Source: Acidobacteriaceae bacterium (GTDB lineage Bacteria > Acidobacteriota > Terriglobia > Terriglobales > Acidobacteriaceae). Taken from it: DNA of 45,577 nucleotides. Below the pieces are notes generated by a model. That model was not told the origin of the DNA. It searched no databases and saw only the letters and a program-made list of their open reading frames with translations. This document shows, piece after piece, positions 9,013-18,816 of this stretch. Where the stretch lies: positions 1 through 45,577 of the forward strand of contig JASHPM010000493.1 in NCBI GenBank assembly GCA_030038115.1, read 5' to 3'. The translations under genes and the position numbers were made by a program. Positions within the stretch are counted from its first letter, which is position 1. Every line of letters begins with the position of its first letter.

Positions 9013-10130
9013 TCAGAATCCTCGCTGAAGGTTGCCACTTCCGTGCGTTCACTGCTGACCTGGCCGGCGAGGTCCTGAGGCACGGAGATACGGAAATCCA
9101 TGGGGGTCTGTGGCAGCAGAGCGCGGGACATATACTGGCCGGCGATCCAGACCAGTTGTCCATTCCTGTCGTAGAAGGTGGAGAGGACATGCGCGAAGCC
9201 GATGACCTCACCGCTTTGGGAGGAGAGCTGGCCGGTCAGCGAGGCGTCCGGCGCGGGATTGTATTTCTGGTTCTGAATCTCGATCACCGGATCCGCGGAT
9301 GCGCTCACCAGCTCGGCTGAGGGATCCATGCGGATTTTGTCCACCTGGGAAAGATCGACATTGGGAAAGCGAATGAGGAAGGGCGTGACCTGTTTGGGCA
9401 AAAGCCTGTGCAGGATCATGTCGAAGCTGCCCTCGCTGGCGATAGCGGCGCCGTTTTTCGCAACGAGGGTAGCACGCACGGAGACCCAGGCGGGAACCAC
9501 ATCGTCGTTGAGGAGCTCACCGAGGACGAACACGCCCTCGGCGCGATTGATGGGGCGCATGTCAACAATGCGGACATGAGGAGCGGCGACATTCTGCGCT
9601 CCCCAGTCGTCTCCGGGGCCACGGTTGATGACGTCCCAGCGCATGTAGTCGACAGGGATGACCTGGGGCGGGACGTGGCGCTCCTTGACGAGGGGCCATT
9701 CCACCAGCCAGCGATCGCCCTGGCGGACAAGGTGGAGTTGACGCGACTCTTCAAAAGGCCCGACGACAGAGGCCCAGTACAGTTTCATCAGGACGTCGGC
9801 ACCGTCGGCGGACTCGTGAAGGGGAAACACCTCGAAGTTGTCGAGCATTGCGTAGGTGCGCAAGCTGAGGAAATAACCGGTGAGGTCGTGAACGAACTCA
9901 GGCTCAGTGAACTGGGCTTTATTGGCGAGGCTGGACCAGGCTTTCTGCCACTGCTGCAGACGAATCTGATCGCCCAGGTTTTCGACTGCCGCTTCGGGGG
10001 TAGAGGGCGTGCGCAGCAGGGTTTCGCCGCCAGCGTAGGCAAGAGCGGAAGGAATGGGCCGCAGAGTACCGTCCACAATGAGCGCGACGGTGGCGGCGGC
10101 GATGAAGAGAGCCAGAAGGGCGCCTTTCAT
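9009..10130 (-). CDS. membrane-anchored periplasmic hypothetical protein
   Basis: The ATG at 10130 overlaps the stop of the upstream GT-C-like gene (ATGA). The N-terminus MKGALLALFIAAATVALIV is a signal anchor and the remainder is soluble and beta-rich. The longer 10340 start would lie inside the upstream CDS and is R/P-rich. Confidence 0.65.
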   Translation of the reverse strand: MKGALLALFIAAATVALIVDGTLRPIPSALAYAGGETLLRTPSTPEAAVENLGDQIRLQQWQKAWSSLANKAQFTEPEFVHDLTGYFLSLRTYAMLDNFEVFPLHESADGADVLMKLYWASVVGPFEESRQLHLVRQGDRWLVEWPLVKERHVPPQVIPVDYMRWDVINRGPGDDWGAQNVAAPHVRIVDMRPINRAEGVFVLGELLNDDVVPAWVSVRATLVAKNGAAIASEGSFDMILHRLLPKQVTPFLIRFPNVDLSQVDKIRMDPSAELVSASADPVIEIQNQKYNPAPDASLTGQLSSQSGEVIGFAHVLSTFYDRNGQLVWIAGQYMSRALLPQTPMDFRISVPQDLAGQVSSERTEVATFSEDSE

Positions 10131-11878
10131 GCGACCAGACCTCCGGATACGAAAGACTCCTCGGGAACCGAGGGTGTGTCGACGGAAGCCGCGCGGCGGC
10201 GCTTCTCTGGGATCAGTACCACCAGGATGGCGAGGATCCCGCTGCCGAAGGGAAGGGTGCCCCAGAGAATGCCCTGCCAGCGGGGAGGACGCTGCGGCGC
10301 GTTGACAGGCGCGGCAGGGGGGACACTGTCCTTGCTCCACACGGTAATGGTGCGGTCATTGAGATGGTCGACGGGCCGCCAGCCGGCGAAGTCGAGAAGC
10401 GGATCATAGTAGGGGTCGCGGACGAAGACCCAGCGGAGACCATAGCGATTGGCGTGCATGAGCATGGCGCGGAGAGACTGGAGACCATCGATGCCGAAAT
10501 ATTTGGAACTGGTGAGCGCGGCGCCGCCGTAGCGGTTCAGTTCCGGAAGGCGCCGGCCGGAATTCCATTCGCCGTCGACGCTGCCGGCATCGGTCATCAC
10601 AGCCAGGCGCGAAATCTTGTTGCCGAAGCCCAAAGTCAAATATCTGAAATCGTCGTGGCCGTCACGGTTGAGCCATGCGGCGACGGAGTCCACTTTGAAG
10701 TCGCTGGCATCGGCGGGGTGGAACGTGGACCACGCGACTGCGGCGGCACAGGTAAGGGCGGCGGCCACAGTGAGAGGGATGGCGGCCCTGATGCGGAAGC
10801 GCGTGACCAGCTCAGAGGCGAGAAGGCCGACAAAAGGCAAAGCCAGCAGCGATGCCCAATAGCTGAAGCGTTCCATGGTGAGCACTTCGAAGGCGCGCCC
10901 GAGAAGCCAGTGACCTGCCGGAGTTGTGCCGCCGAGGCCGATCAGGAAGGCGACCCAGAAGCCGAGCAGCAAAGGGCGCAGCCGAACAACGCTGGAACCA
11001 CGGATCAGGATGAAGGGCAGGACGAGGATGAGAGCTCCGTAGGGAATGATGAAGTAATTCATGCCCCACTGCGGGCTGAGGATGTAATTAGCGCGGCTGG
11101 GATGCGGGATGGGTGTCTGGGTTACGGGATAGCGAAGCAGCGCGATCCAGAAGGGAAGCAGGACGGCCGCAATAGCGGCGCCGGCGGTGATCGCGATGGC
11201 GACGGTTCGCGCCACGAAGGCCGGAACAGATGTCGCTTCGCCATCCTCGCGGTCGAGGAGCACGAGGACAGCGACGGGCACGGCAAAGAGAAGCGATCCG
11301 AAGAGCAATGTCGCGTGATGGGCGGCGGCAGCCGCCGCGAACAGGACGGTCGCCTTGATGAAGGATCGCCATCCGCCGCGGCGGAGCCACTCGAAGAGAT
11401 AGGGAAGCGCGTTCAGATAGATCGGAGCGGAGCAAGTGGTTGCCAACTGACCCGCGGAGTAGACGAGAAAACTTTCCGCACCGAGGAAGACGCTGGCGAG
11501 AGCGGCGAACGACGCGGCGCGCGGGCTCAGCCAAAGTCTGGAAAAACGATAGACGCCGACGACGAGCAACAGGATCCCGGCGAACTGCACCGCCATGTAC
11601 GCCATATTGAGGCCGAGAACTCTGGAGAGGACTGCGATCCATTGCTGAGGAAGCGGCGGATAGGTGGTCTGCGAAAAGCCCGCGTACCATTTGGCATTCC
11701 AGGGATCGAACCAGTGGTGAAGGTAATGGGAAGCGAAGAAGATATGGAAATTTGTGTCGTAGGACTTCAGCGGCAGCTGCATGAGCAGCAGGGGGAGATG
11801 AACCACAACCGCCGCCATGAGAATCACACTCATCGGGATGGGGCGTTGTGAAGCTGGAACGGTTTCGGTTCTCGGCAA
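10127..11878 (-). CDS. GT-C-fold-like integral membrane glycosyltransferase (putative; ArnT/PMT/YfhO-type logic)
   Basis: 583 aa with a TTG start and GAGG 5 nt upstream (alternative ATG at 11833). It has at least 10 hydrophobic helices and an acidic/aromatic first loop (LKSYDTNFHIFFASHYLHHWFDPWN). A soluble domain of about 150 aa lies near the C-terminus, followed by a last TM helix. It is co-operonic with the polyprenyl-P GT2. Confidence 0.5.
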   Translation of the reverse strand: MPRTETVPASQRPIPMSVILMAAVVVHLPLLLMQLPLKSYDTNFHIFFASHYLHHWFDPWNAKWYAGFSQTTYPPLPQQWIAVLSRVLGLNMAYMAVQFAGILLLVVGVYRFSRLWLSPRAASFAALASVFLGAESFLVYSAGQLATTCSAPIYLNALPYLFEWLRRGGWRSFIKATVLFAAAAAAHHATLLFGSLLFAVPVAVLVLLDREDGEATSVPAFVARTVAIAITAGAAIAAVLLPFWIALLRYPVTQTPIPHPSRANYILSPQWGMNYFIIPYGALILVLPFILIRGSSVVRLRPLLLGFWVAFLIGLGGTTPAGHWLLGRAFEVLTMERFSYWASLLALPFVGLLASELVTRFRIRAAIPLTVAAALTCAAAVAWSTFHPADASDFKVDSVAAWLNRDGHDDFRYLTLGFGNKISRLAVMTDAGSVDGEWNSGRRLPELNRYGGAALTSSKYFGIDGLQSLRAMLMHANRYGLRWVFVRDPYYDPLLDFAGWRPVDHLNDRTITVWSKDSVPPAAPVNAPQRPPRWQGILWGTLPFGSGILAILVVLIPEKRRRAASVDTPSVPEESFVSGGLVA

Positions 11879-12033
11879 GGTCCCCTCGCGTAGAGGCTTG
11901 GATTCGGAAGACGTAACGGCCGGTTGCCTCTTTGCCGCGGCGCTATGGGACCGTGACGGTTATGCGAGGAAGAAGCGAGCCATACAGCCAACGCAGAAGG
12001 CGTTGAAGTGAATCAAAGGGCCTGTAACTTGCA

Positions 12034-15000
12034 TTGGTCGTTGGTGACAGGTTGATCGCCAGAAATGATTGTCTGAAACTTGCCTGTGCGATTGCGTTCA
12101 TCGTGTTCGCTCGTCCACTACGCCCACAAACGTACCAAGTGGGCTCGGATGCTCAAGTGAAGCCTGAGACTCAAAAAGGCGAGACCCCAGCTACCGGGCA
12201 GCAGCTGGGATGGGGATCGAACATCGAGAACGCCCGACTAGCGCACGCCGCGCAGCTTGCGCTCATGCGTGGAGATTACGCCGTGGCCCTTGATTATGCG
12301 CAGCGTGCGGCACAATCCACGCCGAACAATCCTCAGCTGTGGTTCCTGCTGGGCTACGTGGCGCGTCTGGATGGGAGATATGACGAATCCATCGGCGCCT
12401 TCAAGCACGGGCTTCGCCTGGATCCTTCTTCGCTGAGCGGCATGTCCGGTCTTGCGCAGACCTATAGCGTGATGGGGCGGACCGCGGAAGCGGAGCAATT
12501 GCTGAAGCAGGTTCTCGCTTCTGACCCACGACAGGTGGACGATCTGATGGTTCTGGGAAATCTCTGCGTCGAATCCGGAGATTACACCGCCGCGCTCGAA
12601 TGGCTGGAGAGAGCGGAACAGGCGCAGCCAAACGCGCGCGCCGAGGTGCTGATGGCAATTTCGTATGAGCACCTGAAGCAGATGGATCAGGCGAGCCACT
12701 ATCTCGATCTGGCCAGGAAACGCGCCCCGAACAATCCCGATGTGGAGCGATCGCTGGCGGGATACTATCGTGCCACCGGCGACTATGGCAAAGCTATTAA
12801 CGAGCTGAATGCGATTCGGACTCGATCCCCGGAGGTGGTGGCGGAACTGGCCGACACCTACCAGCTGGACGGGAAAGCGAAAGACTCCGCGCAGCTTTAC
12901 GAGCAGGCAGCCAACGCCATGCCGAAGGATCTCCAATTGCAACTCTCGGCGGCGCAGGCGGAGGTGAGCGCGGGTTCGATGGAGAGCGCGAATAGCTTTT
13001 TGGCGCGAGCAACGCAGATCGATCCAAACTACTACCGCCTGCAGGCGATTCGCGGAGAGATTGCGCAGCAGCAGGATCGCTTCAGCGAAGCGGCAAGCGA
13101 CTACGCCAGAGCGGTGGAGCAACTGCCGGCGTCCCCGTCCGAAGGGCCTCTGTACGGGATCCAGCTGCACATGGATCTTGAAGAACTGTACGACGACCTC
13201 AACGAGCCGGACCGAGCCCGCGAGCAATTTCAGATTGCGCAGGCGGCGATCGGGAAACTCGACGAGCGCGGAACAGCCCGGCCGGCATTCCTGCGTCTGC
13301 GAGCCCTCATCCGAATGAAAGCGGGCCAGCCAGCCAGCGCGCTGGAGGATGCGAGGGCGGCCCTGGCGCTCAACCCCCACGATCCGAATAATCTGCAGTT
13401 GGACGGCGACGTGCTGATGAAGCTGGATCGCGCCGAGGACGCGATCACGGTGTACAAAAAGGTTCTAGCCATCGATCCGCGGAACCGATTTGCGCTGACT
13501 TCTCTCGGATATGCGTCGCGTGCAGCGGGAAAAGAGGACGACGCCGAGAGGTATTTCGATCTGCTGGCAAAGGATTACCCCAGTTCGTATATTTCCTACC
13601 TAGCTCTGGGGGACCTGTACACAGCCCGCAGAGAGTACCGCAAGGCGCAGGAGTCCTACAGCCGGGGCTACGCGCTGAATCCACAGATAGGGTTGATCGT
13701 GGCCGGAGGGATCAACGCAGGTATCGAAGCACACAATCTTACGTTGGCGGGTATGTGGCAGCACCGCGTGACGGCGAACATGGAGGCAGTGCCGGAGGTG
13801 TTGCGGGAAGAGGAAAGGTATTTCAGTTTCAAAGGAGACTACGGAAGGTCGGCCGGTTTCGGGCAGGAAGCGATCAGGAGTATGCCCGACGATCGGGATG
13901 TTGTCGTCTACCTTGGCTACGATTTTCTATATCTCAACAAGTATGAGCAGCTGCTGGCACTAACAAAACAGTATGATACGATCCTGCCGCACGAACCGGA
14001 TATTCCATTGCTGGCGGGGTATGTGGAGAAGCACGACGGACATCTCGAAGAGGCCCTGCAGGATTTCACGAAAGCGCTGGATCGCGATTCCAGTGTGGAG
14101 ACAGCGTACGTGAACCGGGGTTACGTGCTCAACAGCCTGCACAGGCCTGGTGACGCGGCGGCCAGCTTCGAGCAGGCGCTGCAGCGCGAACCCAGGGACG
14201 GCCAGGCTCATTTGGGGCTGGCCTACGCCGAGCTGGACCTGGATCACCCCGAGGCAGCGATTCGGCAAGCCGGACTTGCGGAAGAGGCGTCAGGAGACTC
14301 GCAGCTGATCCATGCGATTAAGGCAACCGCCTATGGAAGAGAGGATATGCTGACCAGGGCGGCGGAGGAGTATCGCGCCGCGTTGCGATTTACTCCGAAT
14401 GACCCGGTGCTTCATCTTGGTCTCGGCAATACGCTGTTCGGGGAACGCCGCTATCGCGAGGCCATTGACGAGCTGCTGATCGCGGAGCGGATGGCCCCTG
14501 CAGATCCGCAGGTGGATGTCCTGCTTGCCCGCACTTACGCGAACCTGCAGGATCGTCAGAACACTTACCACTATGTGCAGCTCGCAGAGCAGCGCGCAGC
14601 GGCGGCGTCTCGAACCGGAAATGCGGCGGAGGTTCTAAGTGAAACTTACATGGCAACGGGACAAGCTCTGAGCGCGCTTGGAGACCAGCAGGCGGCCATG
14701 GAGCGATTCAGCGACGCGCTGGCCGAGTCGCACAGCAATCGTGCCGGGATTCGTCTTGCGATTGCGCAGCTGATGACTCAACAGGGCAATGCCGAAGGCG
14801 CGGAACGCCAGATTGCGCTGGCGCAGATGGAAGCCGAAGCGGGAGACGCCAAGCCGGTCACAGGCAACCAGTATGTTGACGCTGCCGATGTCCTGCGGCA
14901 ATTACACGAATATCAGCTATCGCAGAATTATCTGCAACGGGCGCAAGCGGCAGGAGCCCCGGACATCCCGGTACGGGTGGGATTTGCCAGCAATTACCTG

Positions 15001-16365
15001 GCGCTGGGCGACACGGCCAGGGCCGCAGCCGAACTAACCGGCGCCGCCCAGGACCCTGACAGCCAGTCGAATTACCAGTTTTTGCTGGCAGAGGCGAATG
15101 TCTACCAACAGGAACATCGCGGGCCGCAGGCGCTCTCCGCCTTCGCACAAGCAGCCAGCGCTGCCGGAGACGATCCGACCGCGATGCAGGGCCTGCTGCA
15201 GGCGGGAGGAGATGAAGGTTACCGGATCAACGGCAGGGTCAGCACGCTGTCGGATTTTACGGTTCAGCCAATTTACGAGGACAGCACAGTCTATGTCTTA
15301 GATGCGAAGACATTCGGCAATCCGCCCGCGGTGGTGGGCAACAGCGTAAACGTCACGGAACTCCCGCGGCCACGCTCCTCGATTGAAACGCAATGGACGG
15401 CGGCTTACCACCTGCACCTGGGGAATCTGGCTACTCCCGCGGGCTTCTTCCAGATACGGAACGCTCGCGGCACGATCTCCGACCCCGCGACACTTACCAT
15501 CGTGAACCGAAGCACCACCGATTTCGTCATGAATTTCGGCGTGAATCCGACTCTGCGTTTCGGCAGCAACGATCTGACCTTTAACAGCGGCATTCAGGGC
15601 ACGATTCGGCGCGACTCAATCTCGCCGGTGCAAATGGATCAGAACCTATTTCGCGTCTTCACCTACCTGCAAACAACATCTTTCATGAATGCTGTTTCGG
15701 CCAGTGGCTACGTTGTCCGCGAGGCCGGTCCCTTTACCAGAAGCCCGATCGACGAGACGTCGCTTGCCGGAGCTATCGATTTTCGCGTGGGTGCTCCGTG
15801 GGGAAAGACGGCCTTGATAACCGGCTGGGGCATGAACGATCAGGATTTCGCGCAGCACTTTACGCCGTCAGTATCGGGAACAACGGAGAACTACTATACG
15901 TCGTCTTACATCGGCTTGTCGCACCGCTTTGCCGGGCGCTTGAACACGGAAGGGCTTGTAGAGGATCTGCGTACCTGGCGCGTGGTACCCTCGTTCACTT
16001 CGTCTTCGGGGAACGTCGTCTATTCCGGAACCGCGCAGGCACTGCGGCCCGCCGCACAAATCGACTTCACTCCGGCACGGAATTGGGAGATTCAGGCAAA
16101 CGGGGCTTTTGAGAGCACACGGAGCTTCCATCTCTACGACATGAACCAGGACGGGATTTCCCTTGCTTTTACCCTGCCGTTCAGCCGAACTTTCAATGAT
16201 GAGACCGGAGAAGTGCGCCTGCGATACCCGATTCGTTTTTCCGGAGGCATACAGGCGGAGACCTTTTCGAACTTTCCCGATCTTCCCAGCGTGCCCGGGG
16301 TGCCCTATCTGACTCAGACCCAGGACATGCGCGTCCGTCCCTATGTAAGCATCAATATCTTTTGA
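12034..16365 (+). CDS. giant TPR-repeat protein with C-terminal outer-membrane beta-barrel (PelB/BcsC/PgaA-like exopolysaccharide export scaffold)
   Basis: 1443 aa with a TTG start and an N-terminal hydrophobic signal. About 1050 aa are TPR-like repeats (many A..Y..AL..DP.N motifs). The last ~380 aa (15220-16362) show alternating hydrophobic beta-strand periodicity and end in ...RPYVSINIF, a terminal Phe as in OMP C-terminal signatures. Confidence 0.75.
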   Translation: MVVGDRLIARNDCLKLACAIAFIVFARPLRPQTYQVGSDAQVKPETQKGETPATGQQLGWGSNIENARLAHAAQLALMRGDYAVALDYAQRAAQSTPNNPQLWFLLGYVARLDGRYDESIGAFKHGLRLDPSSLSGMSGLAQTYSVMGRTAEAEQLLKQVLASDPRQVDDLMVLGNLCVESGDYTAALEWLERAEQAQPNARAEVLMAISYEHLKQMDQASHYLDLARKRAPNNPDVERSLAGYYRATGDYGKAINELNAIRTRSPEVVAELADTYQLDGKAKDSAQLYEQAANAMPKDLQLQLSAAQAEVSAGSMESANSFLARATQIDPNYYRLQAIRGEIAQQQDRFSEAASDYARAVEQLPASPSEGPLYGIQLHMDLEELYDDLNEPDRAREQFQIAQAAIGKLDERGTARPAFLRLRALIRMKAGQPASALEDARAALALNPHDPNNLQLDGDVLMKLDRAEDAITVYKKVLAIDPRNRFALTSLGYASRAAGKEDDAERYFDLLAKDYPSSYISYLALGDLYTARREYRKAQESYSRGYALNPQIGLIVAGGINAGIEAHNLTLAGMWQHRVTANMEAVPEVLREEERYFSFKGDYGRSAGFGQEAIRSMPDDRDVVVYLGYDFLYLNKYEQLLALTKQYDTILPHEPDIPLLAGYVEKHDGHLEEALQDFTKALDRDSSVETAYVNRGYVLNSLHRPGDAAASFEQALQREPRDGQAHLGLAYAELDLDHPEAAIRQAGLAEEASGDSQLIHAIKATAYGREDMLTRAAEEYRAALRFTPNDPVLHLGLGNTLFGERRYREAIDELLIAERMAPADPQVDVLLARTYANLQDRQNTYHYVQLAEQRAAAASRTGNAAEVLSETYMATGQALSALGDQQAAMERFSDALAESHSNRAGIRLAIAQLMTQQGNAEGAERQIALAQMEAEAGDAKPVTGNQYVDAADVLRQLHEYQLSQNYLQRAQAAGAPDIPVRVGFASNYLALGDTARAAAELTGAAQDPDSQSNYQFLLAEANVYQQEHRGPQALSAFAQAASAAGDDPTAMQGLLQAGGDEGYRINGRVSTLSDFTVQPIYEDSTVYVLDAKTFGNPPAVVGNSVNVTELPRPRSSIETQWTAAYHLHLGNLATPAGFFQIRNARGTISDPATLTIVNRSTTDFVMNFGVNPTLRFGSNDLTFNSGIQGTIRRDSISPVQMDQNLFRVFTYLQTTSFMNAVSASGYVVREAGPFTRSPIDETSLAGAIDFRVGAPWGKTALITGWGMNDQDFAQHFTPSVSGTTENYYTSSYIGLSHRFAGRLNTEGLVEDLRTWRVVPSFTSSSGNVVYSGTAQALRPAAQIDFTPARNWEIQANGAFESTRSFHLYDMNQDGISLAFTLPFSRTFNDETGEVRLRYPIRFSGGIQAETFSNFPDLPSVPGVPYLTQTQDMRVRPYVSINIF

Positions 16366-16376
16366 GGTGTTCATCT

Positions 16377-17714
16377 GTGAAGATTTGCTTAGTTGCGACC
16401 TTTCCCCCGAGCGGGCGGCAACTGAACGAGTATGCATTTCATCTCGCGAGAGAACTGCACAGGCACAGGGGCGTGGAATTGACAATTCTTGCAGATGAAC
16501 TCGCGGAGTACGAGTTTGCCACGGACGAATACGGCAGTCCGTTGAGCGGCGAGAGGCAGAAGGAACTGCCTGGCTTTAACGTGATTCGGTGCTGGAAATT
16601 CGGAAGCCTGGCGACTCCGGTGCGTCTGCTCCGTGCTTTGCGACGGATACAGCCCGATATTGTGTGGTTCAACCTTGTCTTTTCAAGCTTCGGCACCCCG
16701 GAAAACCCGCTGGCCGCATTTGCCGGGCTATCAGCGCCTGCGCTCGCGCGAGCTGCGGGTTTTTACACGCACATTACTTTGCACCACATTCTCGAGGAGG
16801 TGGACTTTGCTGTGGCAGGTGTGCGACGCGAGCGGCTTTATCGGCTGGGTACCGATATGGCAACGAGAGCGCTGCTCCGGGCGAATTGCGTTTCTGTGCT
16901 TTTGTCGGGATATCGCCGAAGCCTGATCAGGAAATATTCCGCGAACAACATAGTGCTGCGCACTCATGGAACCTTCGCTTCGACGCCGAGCATGCCCGAC
17001 TTTGCCGGGCGGGGCAATCCGGATATGCGAATCCTTGCGATCGGGCATTGGGGGACCTACAAACGGCTTGAAACGCTGATGGAGGCCTTTCCAAAAGTGC
17101 TGCAAGCCGTGCCGAAGGCAAGGCTGGTCATCGCCGGAGCGAACCATCATACAAAGCCGGGCTACTGGGAGTCCGTTCGTCAGGCTCAGCCTCGGGGGTT
17201 GCCGATTGACTTCCGCGGATATGTGCGCGAGGAGGATATCCCGGAACTTTTTCGGACGGCTTCGGTGGTTGTGATGCCATACGACTCGGCGACCGGGTCA
17301 AGCGGGCCCGCTCACCAGGCATGCGAATACGGGGTTCCAATCGTATGCGCCGACATCGACGACTTCCGGTGTATGGCGTCAGACGAAGGCATGGCGATCA
17401 GCTTTTACAGAACCGGCGATGCCAGCGATCTGGCGCAAAAGCTAACCACATTGTTGCAGAACTCCGGACTGCAGCGGCAGATGGCTGAGCATAACTACGA
17501 GGCCGGAGTTCAGATGACGATGACGCGCGTGGTCCGCGACTATCTGCGATGGTTTGAGCTGCACAAATGCAAAGAGGCGCTGCGACGAGACAGACTCAAC
17601 GCGGGCCAACGGCGGAGGGTAAGCGATTCGCAGCAGGAGTGGACGCTGGGTACGGACCTGCAGCCGAGCGGCGCGGACAGCAGGAGACAAAGCGAGGAGG
17701 CTAGTGCTGCCTGA
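16377..17714 (+). CDS. GT4-family glycosyltransferase
   Basis: The N-terminus KICLVATFPPSGRQLNEYA and the C-terminal Glycos_transf_1 region (RLVIAGANHH..., VVVMPYDSATGSSGPAHQACEYGVPIVCADI) support the call. The GTG at 16377 has GAGG 8 nt upstream, overlapping the TGA of the TPR-porin gene. An alternative TTG lies at 16362. Confidence 0.8.
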   Translation: MKICLVATFPPSGRQLNEYAFHLARELHRHRGVELTILADELAEYEFATDEYGSPLSGERQKELPGFNVIRCWKFGSLATPVRLLRALRRIQPDIVWFNLVFSSFGTPENPLAAFAGLSAPALARAAGFYTHITLHHILEEVDFAVAGVRRERLYRLGTDMATRALLRANCVSVLLSGYRRSLIRKYSANNIVLRTHGTFASTPSMPDFAGRGNPDMRILAIGHWGTYKRLETLMEAFPKVLQAVPKARLVIAGANHHTKPGYWESVRQAQPRGLPIDFRGYVREEDIPELFRTASVVVMPYDSATGSSGPAHQACEYGVPIVCADIDDFRCMASDEGMAISFYRTGDASDLAQKLTTLLQNSGLQRQMAEHNYEAGVQMTMTRVVRDYLRWFELHKCKEALRRDRLNAGQRRRVSDSQQEWTLGTDLQPSGADSRRQSEEASAA

Positions 17715-17798
17715 GGCGGAATACGTTCCACTCCCGCCTGACTGTGAGCCGTAAAACGCCGGTTAACCGACAGCGAAGAGAACCAAGTACGGCCCCAG

Positions 17799-18665
17799 CT
17801 ACTCTATCGAGATTTCGCTGGCTATGTAGCGCGAACCGTCGAAGTGCGCGGTTACTCTCACGTGCGAGCCTTCGCGCAGTTGTGGGTTTTCGGGAAGGAC
17901 TGAGGGATTGAAAAAGACCTGATAACTGGTTTTGTCGCGCGGGTCAACGATCACCAGTCGGCCGGAATGGATGTCGAGGAAGGAAAGATCGCCGCTGAAG
18001 ACATAAGACAACCCCGGGGTCGACAGGATATCAATGCGGGTAGCCACGGCCATACCGTCGCGGCCAGAGTCAAACTTCACGTCGACCACTTCGCCGCGGA
18101 ACGGATCATGTGGAACGCTCGCGGAATGCGCATCCTGACCGACGAGCGCGACCGGCGTGCCGACGGGAACGCGGAGCGTCACAGGTTCGCGCGAAAGGAC
18201 TGTGTTGATCGTCAGTTTGCCGGTAACCGGGTCGTAGCTGAGAACCTGCCCCTCACACTCGCCCTGCGGGTGTTGCGACAACATGTGAATGTCAAGCGCA
18301 AAGATGCTGGCGCCATCGAGCGTGGTTTCGACGGATGCGTGCTCTGCGGGGCGCAGATTGAGGACCGAAATCCTCGCTCCATCGCGATAGACTCGAGTGC
18401 GCTCGTCGAAAAGAATCCTGACGGGCCGGCCGCCAAAGACGCGCAGAGTGAATCGATCGCGCACCGGGTCGACATCCTGAATCTCGCCGCCCATGACGGT
18501 ACTCGGGCCAGGAGGCGGAGGCGGGAGAGAGCTTGAGGCAACCATTGCACCTGCGCCAGGAGGGACCTGCGCGGAACCATGCGGCGACGGCTGCGCAAAT
18601 GCCACGCTGCTGAGAGTGGCGAGCACGAGCCATCGAACCATTTTGCGCACTATGCCTGAAGTCAT
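17799..18665 (-). CDS. secreted protein with three tandem small beta-barrel (DUF5666/OB-like) modules
   Basis: 288 aa with signal peptide MVRWLVLATLSSVAFAQP and a Pro-rich linker. This is followed by three modules of about 70-80 aa with the same pattern (G.v..vD......l.v......v.v...T.v.......). Confidence 0.6.
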   Translation of the reverse strand: MTSGIVRKMVRWLVLATLSSVAFAQPSPHGSAQVPPGAGAMVASSSLPPPPPGPSTVMGGEIQDVDPVRDRFTLRVFGGRPVRILFDERTRVYRDGARISVLNLRPAEHASVETTLDGASIFALDIHMLSQHPQGECEGQVLSYDPVTGKLTINTVLSREPVTLRVPVGTPVALVGQDAHSASVPHDPFRGEVVDVKFDSGRDGMAVATRIDILSTPGLSYVFSGDLSFLDIHSGRLVIVDPRDKTSYQVFFNPSVLPENPQLREGSHVRVTAHFDGSRYIASEISIE

Positions 18666-18816
18666 CGTGCGCTTATTAGATGTTTAGCGAGAACGCAGGG
18701 TGGTCTGAGATTCTTTCGCCCCCACAGCGCCATCGTGCGAGGCGCGGCAACACGTAGCCACGCGGTGCATCAAAACTGTATGCCTGAGCGGTTCTGTTGA
18801 AAGCCGCAAGGGCAAG

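Noticed and set aside
8092-11851. Long plus-strand ORFs (8092-8976, 9408-10409, 10364-11851) opposite the GT-C/GT2 operon
   Set aside because: They are antisense shadows with R/G/D/E-rich, motif-free translations. The minus-strand genes have signal peptides, TM helices, catalytic motifs and coupled start/stop overlaps.
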